A stretch of DNA of 64,000 nt from Sulfurospirillum sp. (GTDB lineage: Bacteria > Campylobacterota > Campylobacteria > Campylobacterales > Sulfurospirillaceae). Made by a program: the position numbers and the translations under genes. The notes under the pieces were generated by a model that was not told the DNA's origin, did no database searches, and saw only the letters and a list, made by a program, of their open reading frames with translations. Shown one piece after another: positions 29,872 to 39,893 of this stretch; within the stretch, counting starts at the first letter, position 1, and each line of letters begins with the position of its first letter. The DNA lies in the NCBI GenBank assembly GCA_045047115.1, contig JASFYR010000009.1:103599-167598 (forward strand), given 5' to 3'.

Positions 29872-31809
29872 ATGAAAAAATCTATTAAGAATTTAATTAT
29901 ACGAGAGATTGAAAGTAAAAAGATATTGATATCTGACAAATGGATGCAAAATAGAGATGTATTGGAGATTTTTACATCTTTTGGTATTAATTCAAAATAT
30001 TTTAAGACACATTTTGCGATACAGATTATAGAGTATTTTATATCGGTCATGAAAAAAGAGAAAGAGGCAGGTGATTGTCCTGTTATGAGTAAATTTGTAA
30101 GATTTATGGTTACAAAAGGGATATCACCAAAGGAGGTATTTATAATATGCATGAGCTTTAGAAAGATTCTTATCGATGATATTTTAGGAATTAAGGGTGT
30201 TGTAAATGATATAAAAATAGTTTTTTATGAAATTGGTGATATGTTTGATACCAATCTTGCAGGGGTATTGGAAATTTTTGAAAATATGCAAAAAAAAGAG
30301 ATTGAAAATATGCAAAAAATAAAAGATTACGGAGTTAAAATAAAACTTATTGAAGCTGTTTTTGAGACGATAGACACAAATATTTTACTTTTGGAAGGCA
30401 ACAGAGTTTCTTTGGTGAGTAAAAGATTTTTACAATTATTGGGATTGGATGATTTAAAAAGTTACCATCTGAAATATAAAAACAGTACAGGTTTTATAAA
30501 TGATAAAAATATTTTAGAAGTAAAAGATATTTTAAATAAAGATAAAAATATAGAAAAAGTTATGATTTATAACTATAGAAAAGGACTGTTTCAATATTTT
30601 CGTATTGAAACAACACTTATTCCTGATGCTGATCCGGCAAAATATATCGTAAAATTTGTATTTATTAGAGATTGTGAACCGCAAGAGCAAATTAGCAAAT
30701 TAGCTTTGCTTGTAATTGATACAAAAAACAATATATATCAAGAGCTGTATCTGGAAGATAATTTGAATCTGTTTTTGCAAAAAGCACAGGAGCAAAACAG
30801 TACGCTGGTTTATACCCTGATTAGTCCTTATAATGTTGATATAAAAAAAGATAATTTTTATAAAAAACAAATGCAAAAGATATACAGTCTCATAAAAAAA
30901 TCTGTAAAACAGGATGATTATTTATTTGAAAATAAAGATGGTGGGTTTGGTGTATTGCAGTTTGCTAAAAATATACAAGAAAATAATAAGAAAATACTTG
31001 AATTACAACAAAAAATTGCTAAAATTGCTAAAATTCATATGGTTAGCAGCGTAGTCCAATCAAAAGACAGTGGAAAAAAACTACTTGCAAGGATTGCTAA
31101 GCTTTTAAAGCTTTTAAAACTCAATGAGTCTTCACTAATGATACCGGATAATAAAAAGAGACACAAAATAATAAATGAAGATGAATATGCTAAAACACTA
31201 TTGATTCAAAATAAAACAATCGAATCTATACTTTTTTATAAAGAGATACCTGTATATTCAGATTCTCAAATAACATACTCAAAAGAGACTTCAGATGTGA
31301 TAGTTTCACTAAATAAAAAAGCATTTGGTGTGGTTACGATAAACAGTTTTGTATATTTTAAAATTTCATCAAGCTTGCATATAAAAACAAAAATAGAAAA
31401 AATTGACTATGAAAAAAAATGTGTTGTTTTGGGAAATATTTTATTTGATGATAATTCTCCGCTAAATAGAAAATCAGTATTTGTAGAAGTAGATTTTGAG
31501 CTGCATATTATTTTTTCGGATGAAAGTGAAGCAAAAGCAAAAGCAAATTTTTTGTCAAAAGATAAAATAGGATTTGAGATAGAAAACCAATACAGTTTGG
31601 ATGAGATCTTAGATGCTTATCTTTCATTTGGTCTAGATGGCACGGAATCAGACGAAACAATTTATGTTCGAGCCCATATGGAAAAAGATAATAACAGAAA
31701 GTATATAGCTACTTTAAATTATGATACTCAACAATCCAAAACGATAAACGAATATATTTCTAGAAGGCAAATGGATATCGTTAGAGAGATTAGTAATAAA
31801 ATACTTTAA
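29872..31809 (+). CDS. Multidomain cytoplasmic protein: helical sensor, PAS-like, degenerate GGDEF-like and PilZ-like regions
   Basis: 645-aa ORF; GDCPVM N-terminal domain, KQDDYLF..DGGFGV, and C-terminal INEYISRRQMDIVREI as in PilZ-type tails; domain calls by eye. Confidence 0.55.
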   Translation: MKKSIKNLIIREIESKKILISDKWMQNRDVLEIFTSFGINSKYFKTHFAIQIIEYFISVMKKEKEAGDCPVMSKFVRFMVTKGISPKEVFIICMSFRKILIDDILGIKGVVNDIKIVFYEIGDMFDTNLAGVLEIFENMQKKEIENMQKIKDYGVKIKLIEAVFETIDTNILLLEGNRVSLVSKRFLQLLGLDDLKSYHLKYKNSTGFINDKNILEVKDILNKDKNIEKVMIYNYRKGLFQYFRIETTLIPDADPAKYIVKFVFIRDCEPQEQISKLALLVIDTKNNIYQELYLEDNLNLFLQKAQEQNSTLVYTLISPYNVDIKKDNFYKKQMQKIYSLIKKSVKQDDYLFENKDGGFGVLQFAKNIQENNKKILELQQKIAKIAKIHMVSSVVQSKDSGKKLLARIAKLLKLLKLNESSLMIPDNKKRHKIINEDEYAKTLLIQNKTIESILFYKEIPVYSDSQITYSKETSDVIVSLNKKAFGVVTINSFVYFKISSSLHIKTKIEKIDYEKKCVVLGNILFDDNSPLNRKSVFVEVDFELHIIFSDESEAKAKANFLSKDKIGFEIENQYSLDEILDAYLSFGLDGTESDETIYVRAHMEKDNNRKYIATLNYDTQQSKTINEYISRRQMDIVREISNKIL

Positions 31810-31819
31810 CTATTAGAAA

Positions 31820-31862
31820 CTGACCTTGTGCACTGTGGGAGTGGTACAGGGTGCAAGGCCAG
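31820..31862. repeat. Short second member of the CTGACCTT inverted-repeat family
   Basis: CTGACCTTGTGCACT ... GTGCAAGGCCAG; ends resemble those of 15064-15180. Confidence 0.55.
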
Positions 31863-31908
31863 CTAGAAAGATGATAATTGCAACCGAAGTTTTTAGGTGC
31901 TTTGAGCA

Positions 31909-32559
31909 TTATTTTATAAGATAATCGATTATATATCCAATAGGCGCAAAAAAGTACCTTGATAGTGGGGTGGCTATAAAAAGTAGAAGTATCAGCATAC
32001 CATATCTCTGTATGGAGTCGAAAAAGTTCATTATGCCGTACCAGCCTCTTGATGCTGCAAGATATGCTAAGGCATGTGAGCCATCGAGTGGTGGGATTGG
32101 GTAGAGGTTGAAAACTCCCAACACTACATTGTATATGAGCGATTGCAAGACAAGATATACAAAAAATAAGCCCATATAGCTTGTTGGTTCGTTTAGAAAA
32201 CTAAAGATTATGGTACAGATAATTGCCAGAGAAAAATTGTAGCCAATGCCTGCTAGAGAGACAGATATAGCCGCCTTGTATCCCCCGTTATTTATCACTT
32301 CTCTCATGTTGATTGGAACAGGTTTTGCCCAGCCAAAGAGAAATGGTGCGTGAGAGAAAAATAGAAGAGCAGGTAAAATTATAGTTCCGACTAAATCAAC
32401 ATGTTTTATAGGATTTATACTTAGTCGACCCGCATTTTTAGCAGTATAGTCACCATATTTATAAGAGACATATCCATGCATAATCTCATGTCCTATTATG
32501 GCTATCATTAAAGCCAAAATTTGAGCAACTATTTTTATAATTTCGGCACTATTTTCCAT
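31909..32559 (-). CDS. Site-2 protease (M50) family protein
   Basis: HEIMH, FGWAKPVP, FNLYPIPPLDG. Confidence 0.92.
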   Translation of the reverse strand: MENSAEIIKIVAQILALMIAIIGHEIMHGYVSYKYGDYTAKNAGRLSINPIKHVDLVGTIILPALLFFSHAPFLFGWAKPVPINMREVINNGGYKAAISVSLAGIGYNFSLAIICTIIFSFLNEPTSYMGLFFVYLVLQSLIYNVVLGVFNLYPIPPLDGSHALAYLAASRGWYGIMNFFDSIQRYGMLILLLFIATPLSRYFFAPIGYIIDYLIK

Positions 32560-33382
32560 TTAAGTAACTCTTGTTTGTTTGTAGATCATCTATTATTCTG
32601 CCGATTCTGTTCCACCTTATTTTGTAGTTTTTATCCCATGAAAAGTATATAAACCAAGGTTTGCCAACGATGAGAGAGTAGGGTACACTTCCCCAAAATC
32701 TACTATCGTTTGAGTGGTCACGATTGTCACCCATCATAAAGTACTCATTTTTTGGTACTTTTTTATAGAAGGCATTGAACATTAAGCCCCGTTTTCTTGG
32801 AAGTCCTTTTACAATGATAGGTTGCATAGCTAATTGATCTGCTTGCATATATAGATTCATTTGCTCAAAAATATCTACATTTTTATCATAATGGATGCCG
32901 GGGTATTTGTATTTATAAGGATTTTTTACCCAAAGTTTTCCGCCTAATACGATTAATTGTCCGGGTAGAAAGTGATTTTTCATGTATGCATCCCCCTCAC
33001 GAAACTTCAAATACAGAGTTTCATTTGCATAAAGTATCTCATCTCCGCCAAGCGCTACGCATCTTTTTACATAATGAATTTTTACATTGTTTGGATATCT
33101 AAAGACTACTATATCTCCTCTTTTGGGACCTTGGGCATCTATGAGATGTCCATCTCCTCTAAAATCAGGTAGTACAGGTACTTCAATCCATGGGATATGA
33201 GGGATAGGAACACCATAAGAGAATTTTTTGACAAATAGATGGTCTCCAATGAGCAGAGTATTTTTCATACTGCCACTAGGAATCACAAAAGCTTGAGCCA
33301 CAAAAAATATAACAAGCAGTACGATTATAACAGTACCGGTCCAACTGTTTGAAAAATTATATAACTTTCTAATCTTGCTCAT
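32549..33382 (-). CDS. lepB: Signal peptidase I
   Basis: IPSGSMKNTL, YVKRC, MGDNRDHSNDSRFWG. Confidence 0.96.
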   Translation of the reverse strand: MSKIRKLYNFSNSWTGTVIIVLLVIFFVAQAFVIPSGSMKNTLLIGDHLFVKKFSYGVPIPHIPWIEVPVLPDFRGDGHLIDAQGPKRGDIVVFRYPNNVKIHYVKRCVALGGDEILYANETLYLKFREGDAYMKNHFLPGQLIVLGGKLWVKNPYKYKYPGIHYDKNVDIFEQMNLYMQADQLAMQPIIVKGLPRKRGLMFNAFYKKVPKNEYFMMGDNRDHSNDSRFWGSVPYSLIVGKPWFIYFSWDKNYKIRWNRIGRIIDDLQTNKSYLNGK

Positions 33383-34238
33383 TTTTTTCCTTTTTTTTGT
33401 TTCTGTTTTTTGCAGCTTTGAGAGTGTTTGACAGAAGCATAGCGATTGTCATAGGACCCACACCGCCTGGAACCGGAGTGATAAAAGAGCATTTTGGAGC
33501 AACTTTATCAAAGTCAACATCTCCGACAAGTTTTCCGCTTTCAAGTCTGTTGATGCCGATATCGATAACGATAGCACCATTTTTTACCATGTCTTCAGTG
33601 ATTAGTCCGGCTTTGCCCACCCCGACTATGACTATATCAGCTTTTTGTGTATGGGCTTTCAAATCTTTGGTGAAAATGTGGCAAATATCGACTGTAGCTC
33701 CTGCATTTAGCAGAAGATTCAACATGGGCTTTCCTACTATATTACTGGCCCCTACTATGCATACATCTTTACTTTTTGGATCTATGCCGTACTCCTTTAA
33801 CATCTCCATAACACCAAGAGGCGTACAGGGTACAAAACTGTCTAATCCTGAAACCAATCTTCCTACATTGAAGGGGTGGAAACCGTCAACATCTTTGTCG
33901 TGGTCTATGGCTTCTATTATTTTGTTAGTATCTATATGCTTTGGTAGCGGAAGTTGCACTAAGATGCCGTCTATGTAGTCATTTTTATTTATCATATCGA
34001 GTATCTCTAATATTTTCTCTTGCGATATGGATATTGGCATTTTATGCACTATGGAGTAAATACCCGCCTCTTCACAGGCTTTTTCTTTCATGCTTACATA
34101 AGTTTTACTGGCGGGATCATCTCCTACAAGAATTACAGCAAGTCCCGGAGTGACTCCAACTGACTCTAGTATCTCTATCTCTTTTTTTACATTTTTTCTT
34201 ATCTTTTGTGATAAATTCTTTCCATCTATGAGTTTCAT
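33369..34238 (-). CDS. folD: Methylenetetrahydrofolate dehydrogenase/cyclohydrolase
   Basis: LVQLPLP, KDVDGFHP, PCTPLG, VPGGVGPMT; start at MKLIDGK. Confidence 0.96.
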   Translation of the reverse strand: MKLIDGKNLSQKIRKNVKKEIEILESVGVTPGLAVILVGDDPASKTYVSMKEKACEEAGIYSIVHKMPISISQEKILEILDMINKNDYIDGILVQLPLPKHIDTNKIIEAIDHDKDVDGFHPFNVGRLVSGLDSFVPCTPLGVMEMLKEYGIDPKSKDVCIVGASNIVGKPMLNLLLNAGATVDICHIFTKDLKAHTQKADIVIVGVGKAGLITEDMVKNGAIVIDIGINRLESGKLVGDVDFDKVAPKCSFITPVPGGVGPMTIAMLLSNTLKAAKNRNKKKEKNEQD

Positions 34239-34313
34239 CTGTTTTACTATGCCTTTATTCAAAATGTTGTATCATATCAAATATCTATTAAAGAGTTGAT
34301 AAAGTGAGTTTGA

Positions 34314-34646
34314 ATGAGAGTCCTTTTTGTTGTTTTTTTATTGGTTGTTTCAGTTTTTGCAGAGGATTTTATAACAAAGATGGAGTATGCGAAGATGTTG
34401 TACTATAATCCAAGAGGCATAGGATGCAATCTCTGTCATGGAAAAAGTGGACAAGGCTCAATCATAGCGAGATATAAAAACAAAGGAAAGAGAAAGGTTT
34501 TAAGGGCTCCGAAGATAAGCAGGCTTGGATTTGTCTCTTTTTCAAAAGCATTAAAAAAGAGACATAAAGTGATGCCTACCTATTTTTTGACAGATAAAGA
34601 GATAGCTATACTCTACTTCTATGTGACTAGCAAGGCTGAGAAGTGA
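34314..34646 (+). CDS. Small periplasmic c-type cytochrome
   Basis: Signal peptide, CNLCH heme motif, distal VMP. Confidence 0.85.
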   Translation: MRVLFVVFLLVVSVFAEDFITKMEYAKMLYYNPRGIGCNLCHGKSGQGSIIARYKNKGKRKVLRAPKISRLGFVSFSKALKKRHKVMPTYFLTDKEIAILYFYVTSKAEK

Positions 34647-35778
34647 TAGAATTTATCGCTTCTTGCATTCTTTTTAAAATTTCTTCTAAATTTTTTTTGC
34701 TTGTAGCAAAATTTAGTCTTATAAAATTTTTATCTCCAAAATTTTCGCCTTCGCTTAGTCCGACTCCAAATTTTAGAAAAAATTCATAAGGATTTTTCTG
34801 TTTTAAATTGTTGCAGTCTATCCATGCCAAATATGTTGCATCACAACTGAGCATTTTCAGACTTTTATTCTTCTTGATAAATTTTTTTACGAGCCCAAGG
34901 TTTTCTTTTAGGTAAATTTTTAGTTCTTCGAGCCACTTGTCGCCTTCGCTGTATGCAGCCTTTGTTGCAGTGATTGCCAATAGATTTATCTCGCCACCCA
35001 AACCTCTGAGCTGTTTTTGAAAACCGAGGCGAAGTTTTTTATCCGGTATGATTGCAAAAGAGCTTTGAAGTCCTGCAATATTAAAAGTTTTACTAGGAGC
35101 CATCAATGTTATAGTTCGATTTTTCAGATCTTCGTTTAATGAGGCTATTGGTATGTGCTTGGCTTGTGGATTTATAACCAGGTCCGCATGTATTTCATCT
35201 GAACATATAAAAATATCGTGTTTTTTGCAAATGCTACCGAGTTTTTCCAATTCGTTTTTTGTAAAAACAGTTCCACCGGGATTGTAAGGATTGCAGAGTA
35301 AAAAAAGTTTACAAGTAGAGCTGATTTTTTTCTCAAACTCTTCAAAATTTATACTCCACCTATCTCCGATCTCTCTCATTGGAACTTTTATAGTATCTAG
35401 ATTTGAGTTTTTTGGAGCCTTTGTAAAGTGTGGATATATAGGTGTGGTGGTTATAACACTAGAGCTGGACGGAAGCATTTTGCAAACTAAATTCATACTG
35501 CTTACTACTCCGTTTACCCAGACCACCCACTCTTTTTGTATCTCCCAGTTGTGATGTCTTTTTGTGAAGTCTATCACAGCCTGTACCGTCGCATCATCCA
35601 TGGCGGTATATCCAAATATACCGTGCTCTACCCGCTTTTTTAGAGCCTCTATAACCGGCAAGGGAGCACTAAAGTCAGCATCTGCAACCCATGCAGGTAT
35701 GACATCTTTTTCTTTATATCTATTCCATTTTTCACAGTTTGTACTTCTTCTGTCTATCTCTTTATCAAAAAACCCCAT
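34627..35778 (-). CDS. MalY/PatB-family PLP-dependent C-S lyase
   Basis: WVADADF, LCNPYNPGG, SDEIHADL, APSKTFNIAG. Confidence 0.9.
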   Translation of the reverse strand: MGFFDKEIDRRSTNCEKWNRYKEKDVIPAWVADADFSAPLPVIEALKKRVEHGIFGYTAMDDATVQAVIDFTKRHHNWEIQKEWVVWVNGVVSSMNLVCKMLPSSSSVITTTPIYPHFTKAPKNSNLDTIKVPMREIGDRWSINFEEFEKKISSTCKLFLLCNPYNPGGTVFTKNELEKLGSICKKHDIFICSDEIHADLVINPQAKHIPIASLNEDLKNRTITLMAPSKTFNIAGLQSSFAIIPDKKLRLGFQKQLRGLGGEINLLAITATKAAYSEGDKWLEELKIYLKENLGLVKKFIKKNKSLKMLSCDATYLAWIDCNNLKQKNPYEFFLKFGVGLSEGENFGDKNFIRLNFATSKKNLEEILKRMQEAINSITSQPC

Positions 35779-35791
35779 AGTTTTATCCTTT

Positions 35792-35827
35792 TTGAAAGTG
35801 TAATATTATATAATATTACACTTTCAA
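35792..35827. promoter_or_regulatory. Perfect 36-bp palindrome with TATAAT on both strands between divergent patB and purH
   Basis: TTGAAAGTGTAATATTAT|ATAATATTACACTTTCAA. Confidence 0.65.
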
Positions 35828-35847
35828 GAAACTAAAGGAACAATAAA

Positions 35848-37380
35848 ATGAGAGCATTAATTAGTGTTAGCGATAAGGCGGGTATCGTAGATTTTGCCAA
35901 AGAATTAGAAAATCTAGGTTACGAGATAGTCTCAACCGGTGGAACTTTTAAACTTTTGCAAAAAGAGGGTATAAAAGCTATAGAGATAAGCGAAGTTACA
36001 AAATTTCCTGAGATGTTTGACGGAAGAGTCAAGACTCTAAATCCTCATATACACGGAGGTATATTGCATAGAAGAGACTTGCCTCTACATGTAGAGGTGG
36101 CAAAAGAGCAGGGCATTGTCGGGATTGATCTGGTTTGTGTAAATCTATATCCTTTTAAAGAGACCATCTCCAAAACGGATGATTTTGATGAAATTATAGA
36201 AAATATCGATATAGGCGGACCTGCTATGGTAAGAAGTGCTGCCAAAAATTTTAATGATGTTTTGATTGTAACTGATGTGCAGGATTATGATCTGGTAATC
36301 TCTACTTTAAAAAATGGAAAAAATTCTTTAGAATTTAGACGCAATTTGATGATAAAGGCATTTGAGCATACGGCATCTTACGACAGTATGATAGCAAACT
36401 ATATGAACAAAAGATTTAGTGGTGGATTTGGACAGAAGCAGTTTATAGTCGGCAGTAAAGCTTTTGATACAAGATATGGAGAAAACCCTCATCAAAGAGG
36501 AGCTTTGTATGAGTTTGACTACTTTTTTTCAAATAACTTTAAAACCCTAAAAGGAGAGGCTAGTTTTAACAATATGACAGATATAAACGGAGCCTTAAAG
36601 ATAGCAGCTTCATTTGGAGATGCGCCAGCAGTTTCTATCATAAAGCATGCAAATCCTTGTGGTTTTGCTATAGGAGATGATCTGTTTGATGCTTATGAAA
36701 AGGCTCTTAAGTGTGATCCTGTTTCAGCTTATGGAGGAGTTGTGGCGATAAATGGAACTTTAGATAAAAAACTGGCCCAAAAGATAAATGAGATTTTTGT
36801 AGAAGTTATCATTGCGGCAAATGTGGATGATGATGCTTTGGCTGTTTTTGAAAAGAAAAAGAGAATCAAGATATTTACCCAAGAAAGCAAATATCTTGTA
36901 CTTAGTGACGATGAGCATGATTTTAAACATATAGATGGCGGTTTCGTATACCAAAACAGTGATAGGGTAAGTGATGATGAGGTTAAAAATGCAAAATGCG
37001 TTAGTAAAAGAGAAGCATACAAAGGGGGCATAAAAGATCTTGAAGTAGCATATAAGATTGCAAGTTTGACAAAATCAAACTGTGTTGTATATGTAAAAGA
37101 ATCTGTGATGGTTGCAATCGGTATGGGAATGACAAGCAGAGTTGATGCTGGAAAATGTGCTTTGGAAAAAGCAAAAGAGATGGGTGTGGAAGTATTTGGA
37201 GCAGCAATGGCAAGTGAGGCATTTTTGCCTTTTAGAGATAGTATAGATGCTGCCGGAAAAGCCGGAATCAGATGTATCATAGAGCCAGGCGGCAGTATAA
37301 GGGATGAAGAGATTATAAAAGCGGCAGATGAGTACGATATGGCTCTGTATTTTAGTGGCGTGAGACATTTTTTACATTAA
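35848..37380 (+). CDS. purH: Bifunctional AICAR transformylase/IMP cyclohydrolase
   Basis: [52 protein letters not shown]. Confidence 0.97.
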   Translation: MRALISVSDKAGIVDFAKELENLGYEIVSTGGTFKLLQKEGIKAIEISEVTKFPEMFDGRVKTLNPHIHGGILHRRDLPLHVEVAKEQGIVGIDLVCVNLYPFKETISKTDDFDEIIENIDIGGPAMVRSAAKNFNDVLIVTDVQDYDLVISTLKNGKNSLEFRRNLMIKAFEHTASYDSMIANYMNKRFSGGFGQKQFIVGSKAFDTRYGENPHQRGALYEFDYFFSNNFKTLKGEASFNNMTDINGALKIAASFGDAPAVSIIKHANPCGFAIGDDLFDAYEKALKCDPVSAYGGVVAINGTLDKKLAQKINEIFVEVIIAANVDDDALAVFEKKKRIKIFTQESKYLVLSDDEHDFKHIDGGFVYQNSDRVSDDEVKNAKCVSKREAYKGGIKDLEVAYKIASLTKSNCVVYVKESVMVAIGMGMTSRVDAGKCALEKAKEMGVEVFGAAMASEAFLPFRDSIDAAGKAGIRCIIEPGGSIRDEEIIKAADEYDMALYFSGVRHFLH

Positions 37381-37390
37381 GGAATTTGTG

Positions 37391-37825
37391 ATGAAAATTT
37401 TAAAAATATCTTTTCTGTTTTTTATTTTGGTATTTGCAGGATGTGCTCAAAGAGGTGTCCAAGAAGTTGATGCAAGTTCAACAAAGTATGTTCTAAATTA
37501 TGAAACAGGCACAATAGAATCGATAAAACCTGTTGTAATTAAAGACAACGGCACAGGTACTTTTATAGGTGGTTTGGTTGGAATGGTTGTCGGCTCAACC
37601 GTTGGAAGAGGCAATGGCTCTGCTTTGGCTGCCTTGGCCGGAGGACTTGGTGGTGCCTATGTCGGCAATCAGATAGGGAAAGCAAATGCACAGGAGCTCA
37701 CTGTGATGTTAGATAGTGGCAACAGAAGTGTTGTTGTTATAGTCAAAGGCAAAAAGCATTATGTCGGAGAGCATGTTCGCATAGTAAAAAGAGGCGGTAG
37801 AGTCAGTAGTGTAGAGGCATACTGA
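37391..37825 (+). CDS. Glycine-zipper outer-membrane lipoprotein (SlyB/Pcp-like)
   Basis: Lipobox FAGC; GGLVGMVVGSTVGRGNG...GGLGGAYVGNQIG. Confidence 0.85.
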   Translation: MKILKISFLFFILVFAGCAQRGVQEVDASSTKYVLNYETGTIESIKPVVIKDNGTGTFIGGLVGMVVGSTVGRGNGSALAALAGGLGGAYVGNQIGKANAQELTVMLDSGNRSVVVIVKGKKHYVGEHVRIVKRGGRVSSVEAY

Positions 37826-37827
37826 TC

Positions 37828-39765
37828 TTAAGAGAAGGCTGTAAGCTCTGCCTTCTCTTCAATCTCCAGGTATCTTTCTATCAGCATGTCGAGTTTGGAT
37901 TCTTTTTTCTCTAAATCTTCACTCAGCTTTGAAAGACCGATTTTTTCATAACATTCCGGATCTTTTAGACAGTTGTTTATCTCTTTGAGTTCATTTTCCA
38001 ATCTATCGATCTCTTTTGGAAGTGTTTTATAGTCTTGCTGTTCTTTATAGGTTAGTTTTATGGTATTGTCTGATTTTTCTTTTTTGCCAGATTCTTTTTT
38101 AGTATCGCTGTTAAACTCTTTTAACTCTTTAATCTCCTTTTCGATCTCGAGATATTCGCTGTATGTCTGATAACTCTCTTCTATGTTTCCATTGCCTTTA
38201 AATATCAAAAGTTTTTTGGCTATTTTATCGACAAAATACCTATCGTGACTTACAAAAATAATAGCACCTTCAAAGTTTTGTATATACTCTTCAAGGATAT
38301 TGATGGTTGGAATATCAAGATCATTGGTTGGCTCATCAAGGATAAGGCAGTCAACCTCTTTTGTGAAAAGTAGCGCCAAAGCCACTCTGTTTCTCTCTCC
38401 ACCACTCAAAACCCCTATCTTTTTATTCAGATGCTCTTTGGGGAAAAGAAAATTTTTAAGATAACCAAATACATGCATATTCTTTCCCTTGACATCAACT
38501 CTGTCTCCTCCGTTCGGGCAAAATGTTTCCATTATATTTTTATCAATATCCAGCATTTCTCTTTGTTGGTCAAAATATCCTATCTTGAAATCACCTTTTT
38601 TAAAAATTCCACTATCGATACTTGCATCCCCAAGCAGTAGCCTTAAAAATGTAGATTTGCCTGAACCGTTTTTTCCGACAACAGCAATTCTCTCTTTTTG
38701 AAGTATTCTTGTTGAGAAGTTGTTTATCAGTAGCTTTCCTCCAAGAGATTTTTTTATATCATACATCTCAAAAAGCATTTTTTGCCTGTTTGTTGATTTT
38801 GTCTGATTGAAATTTTTCTGTTCTCTTTGTAGTTCAAGTTGCATCTTGTTTATAAGAGCAGGATTTGTTTTTGCTTTGTTTCTGAGCTCGAAGACTCTTT
38901 GTTTTCTGCCTTCATTTCTTTTTAGTCTTGCTTTTACACCCCGATTGAGCCACTCTTCTTCTTTTTTTAAAAGTTTTAGCATATTTTCATGCTCTTTATT
39001 CATAGAGTTTAAGAGTATCTCTTTTGCACTTAGATAATCCCCGTAACCGCCCTTGAATGTTCTAATTTTACAGTTGTCAATTTCGACAGTTTTTGTAGCT
39101 ATAGTATCTATAAAATATCTGTCATGCGATACAAAGACTAGAGTAAACTGCTCTTTTAAAAGCATCTCTTCTAAAAATTTTACCATATATACATCAAGAT
39201 GATTTGTCGGCTCATCCAAGAGTAGAATATCAGGTTTTTCTAAAATCAATCCAGCCAAAGTTACTCTTCGTTGTTCTCCACCGCTAAGTAGATTTACAGC
39301 CCTGTTTTCATACTCTTTTAGATCAAATTTTTGCAATACTCTATCTATCTTGTCATCAAGGCTCCAGGCATTATGAGTATCTAAAAAATCAGTCAACTCC
39401 TCTTGTCTGTTTAGTAATTTTTTGTTTTCAAAATCACTTTCAAGTTGCGAGGTTATTTTGTTATACTCCTTTTTTGCAGATTTTAGTTTTTCAAGCTTGT
39501 TTTCTATAGCTTCTTTTACGCTTATGTTATCATCAAATATCGGCGTTTGATCAAGCATATCTACTTTTAAAAATTTTTGCACTACTCTTCTGCCAACATC
39601 CATTTTTAAAGTACCGTTGATGATTTTCATCAGTGTTGATTTTCCACCACCGTTTTTTCCGATGATGCAGATTCGCTCGCCTTTTTCTATAAAAAAATCT
39701 ACATTTGATAATATCTGTTGTGATTCATAAGCTTTGCTGATTCCCAGCAGATCCAATAGTGCCAA
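37828..39765 (-). CDS. ABC-F family ATPase (Uup-like)
   Basis: Two ABC domains (GKNGGGKST, LSGGEQ, LDEPTNHLD; GKNGSGKST, LSGGER), no TMs, C-terminal KLTYKEQ coiled coil. Confidence 0.9.
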   Translation of the reverse strand: MALLDLLGISKAYESQQILSNVDFFIEKGERICIIGKNGGGKSTLMKIINGTLKMDVGRRVVQKFLKVDMLDQTPIFDDNISVKEAIENKLEKLKSAKKEYNKITSQLESDFENKKLLNRQEELTDFLDTHNAWSLDDKIDRVLQKFDLKEYENRAVNLLSGGEQRRVTLAGLILEKPDILLLDEPTNHLDVYMVKFLEEMLLKEQFTLVFVSHDRYFIDTIATKTVEIDNCKIRTFKGGYGDYLSAKEILLNSMNKEHENMLKLLKKEEEWLNRGVKARLKRNEGRKQRVFELRNKAKTNPALINKMQLELQREQKNFNQTKSTNRQKMLFEMYDIKKSLGGKLLINNFSTRILQKERIAVVGKNGSGKSTFLRLLLGDASIDSGIFKKGDFKIGYFDQQREMLDIDKNIMETFCPNGGDRVDVKGKNMHVFGYLKNFLFPKEHLNKKIGVLSGGERNRVALALLFTKEVDCLILDEPTNDLDIPTINILEEYIQNFEGAIIFVSHDRYFVDKIAKKLLIFKGNGNIEESYQTYSEYLEIEKEIKELKEFNSDTKKESGKKEKSDNTIKLTYKEQQDYKTLPKEIDRLENELKEINNCLKDPECYEKIGLSKLSEDLEKKESKLDMLIERYLEIEEKAELTAFS

Positions 39766-39893
39766 TTTTTCTCCAATCTATTTCAGGTATAAAGATTTTA
39801 CCAAGATTTAGCTAGAATATTGGTAAAAATAGCTAAATTTATACCCAATATTAATCTCTTTTGGGTACAATTTCGTAAAAAATAAGGTAAAAA

